Virus record (IMG/VR): IMGVR_UViG_3300046168_000070
Location: 64,001 to 128,000 of that record
From: a virus
DNA length: 64,000 bases
Strand: one strand, 5' to 3'
The position numbers and the translations under genes were made by a program. The stretch's first letter is position 1; each line of letters begins with the position of its first letter. Shown piece by piece: positions 60,536 through 64,000 of this stretch. A model generated the notes under the pieces. That model had not been told where the DNA came from. It made no database searches and worked only from the letters and a program-made list of their open reading frames with translations.

Positions 60536-62345
60536 TTACACTTTTACAATTGATCCATTTTTATAATAAAGTTTTTCTTTATCATCGCTTTTATTTCGTA
60601 TAATATTTTCTACATTAATATATTCAGAATCATCTACCACTATAACTTTTATTTCATCTTTATTGTGTGATTTATCTATATATTGTATGGCATCTAATCT
60701 TGGCTTTTTTGATTCAGCTGGAAATGCAAAAATAATTTGATCATTTTTGTTTATGAATAAATGTATCATCCTATTGTGCCTTTTAAGGTAGTGGAAGTAA
60801 AGTTTCCATTATTCAAAGTATTTGAGTTTATTGAAAAGCCATTCTTGCGTAATAAGTGCCCCGCAGCTCCTCCACTTCCCGCATTCCCAAACCCTGCTTT
60901 AGCTAAATCTCCACCAGGCATAGGGGCAAATGTATCATCAGAAAAAAGCGTTCCAGGAGCCCCGCCATTTATAGCGGTCCCATCATTTCCATTAGCGTTC
61001 CCAAAGCCGCCTTTTCCTGCAAATATGCCAGCGCCTCCACCACCCCCGCTGTAAAGAGAGCCAGACCCACCTCCTCCGCCACCAAAAATACTTCCGCCAT
61101 TATTTTCAATTTCAACATTATATTGCAAGCTAATTGCATCTCCACCATCTTTGCCATTTATGTCTGTGTTATAATTTAATGCATTTCCACCATCTCCTCC
61201 CGCTCCATAAATCAAGCCTTCATTAATAATTTTAATGTAAGAGTTATTTTCCCACCCAGAGCCTGTTTGTAAGGCGGGCAAAGAACTATCTTTGGAATAT
61301 ACTACTCCTCTATTTATAAATATAATGGCTTCAGCTTCTGTAGTGTATCCTCTAGTTTGGAATAAAATTGACCTTAGATTAACGTTAATTAATGTAGTCG
61401 CATTAATAATATGTATTGCTACAACAGACGTATTTCCATTTTCATTATCGCTAACTAAATTATCACCGTCATCTGTCTCTAACCAGCCATCATCAGAGCG
61501 CTCAAGTAATGTAGGGTAATCATCTTCTCCGTCTGCAATCAGATAATATCCAGGATTAGCATCCATAAATTCAAATTCAGAAAACTTAAAATCAGCGCCT
61601 AGCGAAAACCCGCTTAATGTTTGCCCATCATCACCTATCCTTGGGAACGATGAATTAAATGCAAAATTAGATATATCTCTGGTAGATAGAGAAGATGTGA
61701 GGTTTAATCCTCCAGCCTCACCCCTTATTCTCCCTAAGGAAATTGGTGAAGATTTGGAATTTATTTTGGTCATAATAGTTGAGTATAGAGCCCATAATTC
61801 GAAGGGTTTGCTACCGTTCCGTTATTAATTAAAATAATTTCTGAGTTTGCGGGCCAACTTGATTCCTGCAAATATAAATTTTCAATGTCACCATTATTTG
61901 TGAACTCGTAAAAAACCCTTGCATACGGGAATCCAAAATTTCTACAAAATTCAGCAAATAAATACACTTCACCGTCGCTAGAACTTTCTGATTTATGTTT
62001 TATGATAGTTTCATTTCCTACTTTATCATCAGTTCTTAAAATTCTACCATTGTCATCTGTAATCAAAAAAGCTCCCGTATCTTTTATCCTGCTGGAGTGG
62101 GGCTGCGAGCCGTCTTCAAACTCAGAGATTAAGAAGTTATTGTCATCATATCCGTCAAAGTTATAGAATTCGGAAAATTTAATCTTTTCATCTGCAAAAT
62201 TAGGAGCATTGACATCTCCCGTTCTATATTCATCTGCCAATTTTTCTTGTATAAATTTGTCTTGCTCAGATAGCCGCCCAAAACCATAAGAACTTTCACC
62301 TATAATTTCGCTGAAAGAAATCGGCCCTGAAGACGGAAGTGTCAT
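60536..62345 (-). CDS. three fibre-associated genes (60536-60769, 60766-61773 Gly-rich, 61770-62345)
   Basis: LPSSGPISFSEI/SPISL N-termini; GGGGGG/GAGG stretches. Confidence 0.6.
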
Positions 62346-63127
62346 TTTATTTGCTTGCTTAAATTTTCAATTTGTTTTTGTTGATCTTTTACAGCCTCAA
62401 TTAATAGTCCGATAATATTTTGGTATGCTACCGCTTTTTTACCTTCAGGCAAGTCTTTCACGACCTCTGGAATCACTTGTTCTACTTCTTGAGCAATTAA
62501 CCCCATATGGATTTTTTCTTGATCTTCAGAGTCTGTTCTTGTATATAGGCGACCATTAAGCCTTTTAACTTTCTGAATAGCATGAGGGATTGGCCTGATG
62601 TTATCCTTAACGGAAATGTCAGAAAATGCGACAATGTCATTAGATGCATAAATAGATGTAGTCCCTACTACATTATGAACCTCAAGAGCTGCTAGACTGT
62701 TGTTTCCGATAGATGCAGATTCCAGATCTGCGCCTCCGTTTTGACCTATAGAAATATGGTTATTAAAACCAACATTTTCATCAAAAACTTTTACCGCAGC
62801 AATATCTTGAGCATCGTTTATAGTGACAAAACTATTACCTAAATTAGTAAGAGCGTTTGTGTTGGATTCTACGCTTGAGTTTAATGTAGAGAAAATATCG
62901 CCTGTTCCGTTAGCGCTTATGTCATTAGTGATAGTTAAGTCAACTGCAGAGACGTCATTAAAGCTTGGGTTTCTATCTCCGCCTTGGTATAAGCCAACCT
63001 CTAGTTCAGCTATTTTCATGCTCTTGGTTTGATCTGCGCTTATATCAACTATAGGGAAAACATCATTAGTCGCATCTAATTCGTTAGCACTTAAAAGAGT
63101 TAAGTCTGATATTTTAGTTTCTGCCAT
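62342..63127 (-). CDS. second short tail fibre with S74 chaperone
   Basis: AETKISDL; SDISVKDNI..GLIAQEVEQVIPEVV..YQNIIGLLIEAVK; GTGTAA 8 nt upstream. Confidence 0.85.
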   Translation of the reverse strand: MAETKISDLTLLSANELDATNDVFPIVDISADQTKSMKIAELEVGLYQGGDRNPSFNDVSAVDLTITNDISANGTGDIFSTLNSSVESNTNALTNLGNSFVTINDAQDIAAVKVFDENVGFNNHISIGQNGGADLESASIGNNSLAALEVHNVVGTTSIYASNDIVAFSDISVKDNIRPIPHAIQKVKRLNGRLYTRTDSEDQEKIHMGLIAQEVEQVIPEVVKDLPEGKKAVAYQNIIGLLIEAVKDQQKQIENLSKQIK

Positions 63128-63144
63128 ATAAGATATTACACTTT

Positions 63145-64000
63145 TTAATTATTGATTTCAAGTAAAATAAAGTCACCATTTTGCTGCACAATCGGGAATT
63201 CGTCTTGCTTTAATAAGGCTTTTGACGTAGAAAACTCAAATACTGCGGACTCACAAGAATCTCCTGATTCATTAGTAGCTATGCCCACTGCATAATATAC
63301 TCCGCCTGCTGCCAAATTACTTAGAGAGACCTGATTCGAAGTAAATTGATCGGTGAGAAATAAATTACTTAAAGCCGCATCACTATAAATGTTTAATGAA
63401 TATTCTTGGGCAGTCGTGCTAGAATTAGCTGTGTTTTGAGAAAAGGTTGGAATAAAATTCAGGGTTAATCCTGAGCCTGAAGCTGCATTACTAGTTGTAA
63501 ACGCTGGTCGAAAAGGCTTTGTTAAAACTGTTATTACGTTAGAATCTAATGATGAGCCTTCATCATTAAAAGATCTAATTCTGTAGTAATATAATGTTCC
63601 AGAAGAAAGATTTTGAACTGACAAAGAATTTGATCCTGCTCCTAGAACTTCATAAGACTCAAGATATATTTCAACTCCTGAAGAGTTTTCTGCGGTTACA
63701 AAAGATGTGAAATCGGAAGTTTCACTTACATCTACATAATAACCTGTAGCTGATCCTTGAGCGTTCCAGTTGATGGTAAAAGAAGCTGCTGTACTAGAAA
63801 ACGTATGGCCTGTTTCAGTACAATCAATATTATTATTGGTTGCAGCCGTAGCCGTCGGAGCGCTGACTACGAGCGTAGTAGTACGCACATCAGATTCACC
63901 GCATGTTTGATTTTGTGAATTGTAAGCTTTTACTTTATAATAGTAAACATTCGCAGTCAATCCATCGACTGCTATTCTGTTCGTAAAAGTTTGAACTCCG
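63145..64000 (-). CDS. fibronectin type III repeat virion protein (5' end outside the window)
   Basis: YYYKVKAYN, FTINW..ATGYYVDVS, LYYYRIRSFN, YYAVGIATN; frame open to the window edge. Confidence 0.75.
   Translation of the reverse strand, partial: GVQTFTNRIAVDGLTANVYYYKVKAYNSQNQTCGESDVRTTTLVVSAPTATAATNNNIDCTETGHTFSSTAASFTINWNAQGSATGYYVDVSETSDFTSFVTAENSSGVEIYLESYEVLGAGSNSLSVQNLSSGTLYYYRIRSFNDEGSSLDSNVITVLTKPFRPAFTTSNAASGSGLTLNFIPTFSQNTANSSTTAQEYSLNIYSDAALSNLFLTDQFTSNQVSLSNLAAGGVYYAVGIATNESGDSCESAVFEFSTSKALLKQDEFPIVQQNGDFILLEINN

Noticed and set aside
59610-63127. Diversity-generating retroelement acting on the fibres
   Set aside because: No reverse transcriptase and no TR/VR pair differing at adenines; the two S74 domains are ordinary diverged paralogs
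1-64000. Alternative genetic code
   Set aside because: Conserved genes are full length in the standard code, and TAA, TAG and TGA all end genes

Overview
This is a 64-kb segment of a large, AT-rich tailed dsDNA phage (Caudoviricetes) using the standard genetic code. I found no tRNA, rRNA or CRISPR array. All family names below come from motif recognition by eye, not database searches. (1) 1-26.8 kb holds early/middle and auxiliary genes: two SpeD-like decarboxylases, an ATE/Bpt-like aminoacyl-tRNA-protein transferase, RuvB, UV-damage endonuclease, HNH, ThyX, rIIA/rIIB and many small ORFs. (2) 26.8-39.9 kb is a cassette-like block of tiny genes with a strong sigma70 promoter before almost every gene, about 10 copies of a 27-bp repeat carrying an IHF-box-like motif, a manA-like ncRNA, and G/C-tract landmarks at both ends; it may be a host-takeover or terminal-repeat region. 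(3) 40-64 kb is the late region: PhoH, a phage sigma factor with a Cys-rich insert, ZnF-ERCC4 nuclease, TerL, portal, protease-scaffold, capsid, tail and fibre genes. Two promoter classes are readable in the sequence: host-type TTGACA-17-TAnnnT early promoters and a GTGTAA late motif with no -35 element. Both usually sit 6-8 nt before the start codon, implying largely leaderless mRNAs. Three 1-nt deletions (thyX and two small genes) look like long-read errors. The best candidates for new biology are the late SpeD-like/ATE-like/DUF1415-like/DUF2452 operon, the GTGTAA regulon with its candidate sigma factor, and the repeat-punctuated early cassette array.
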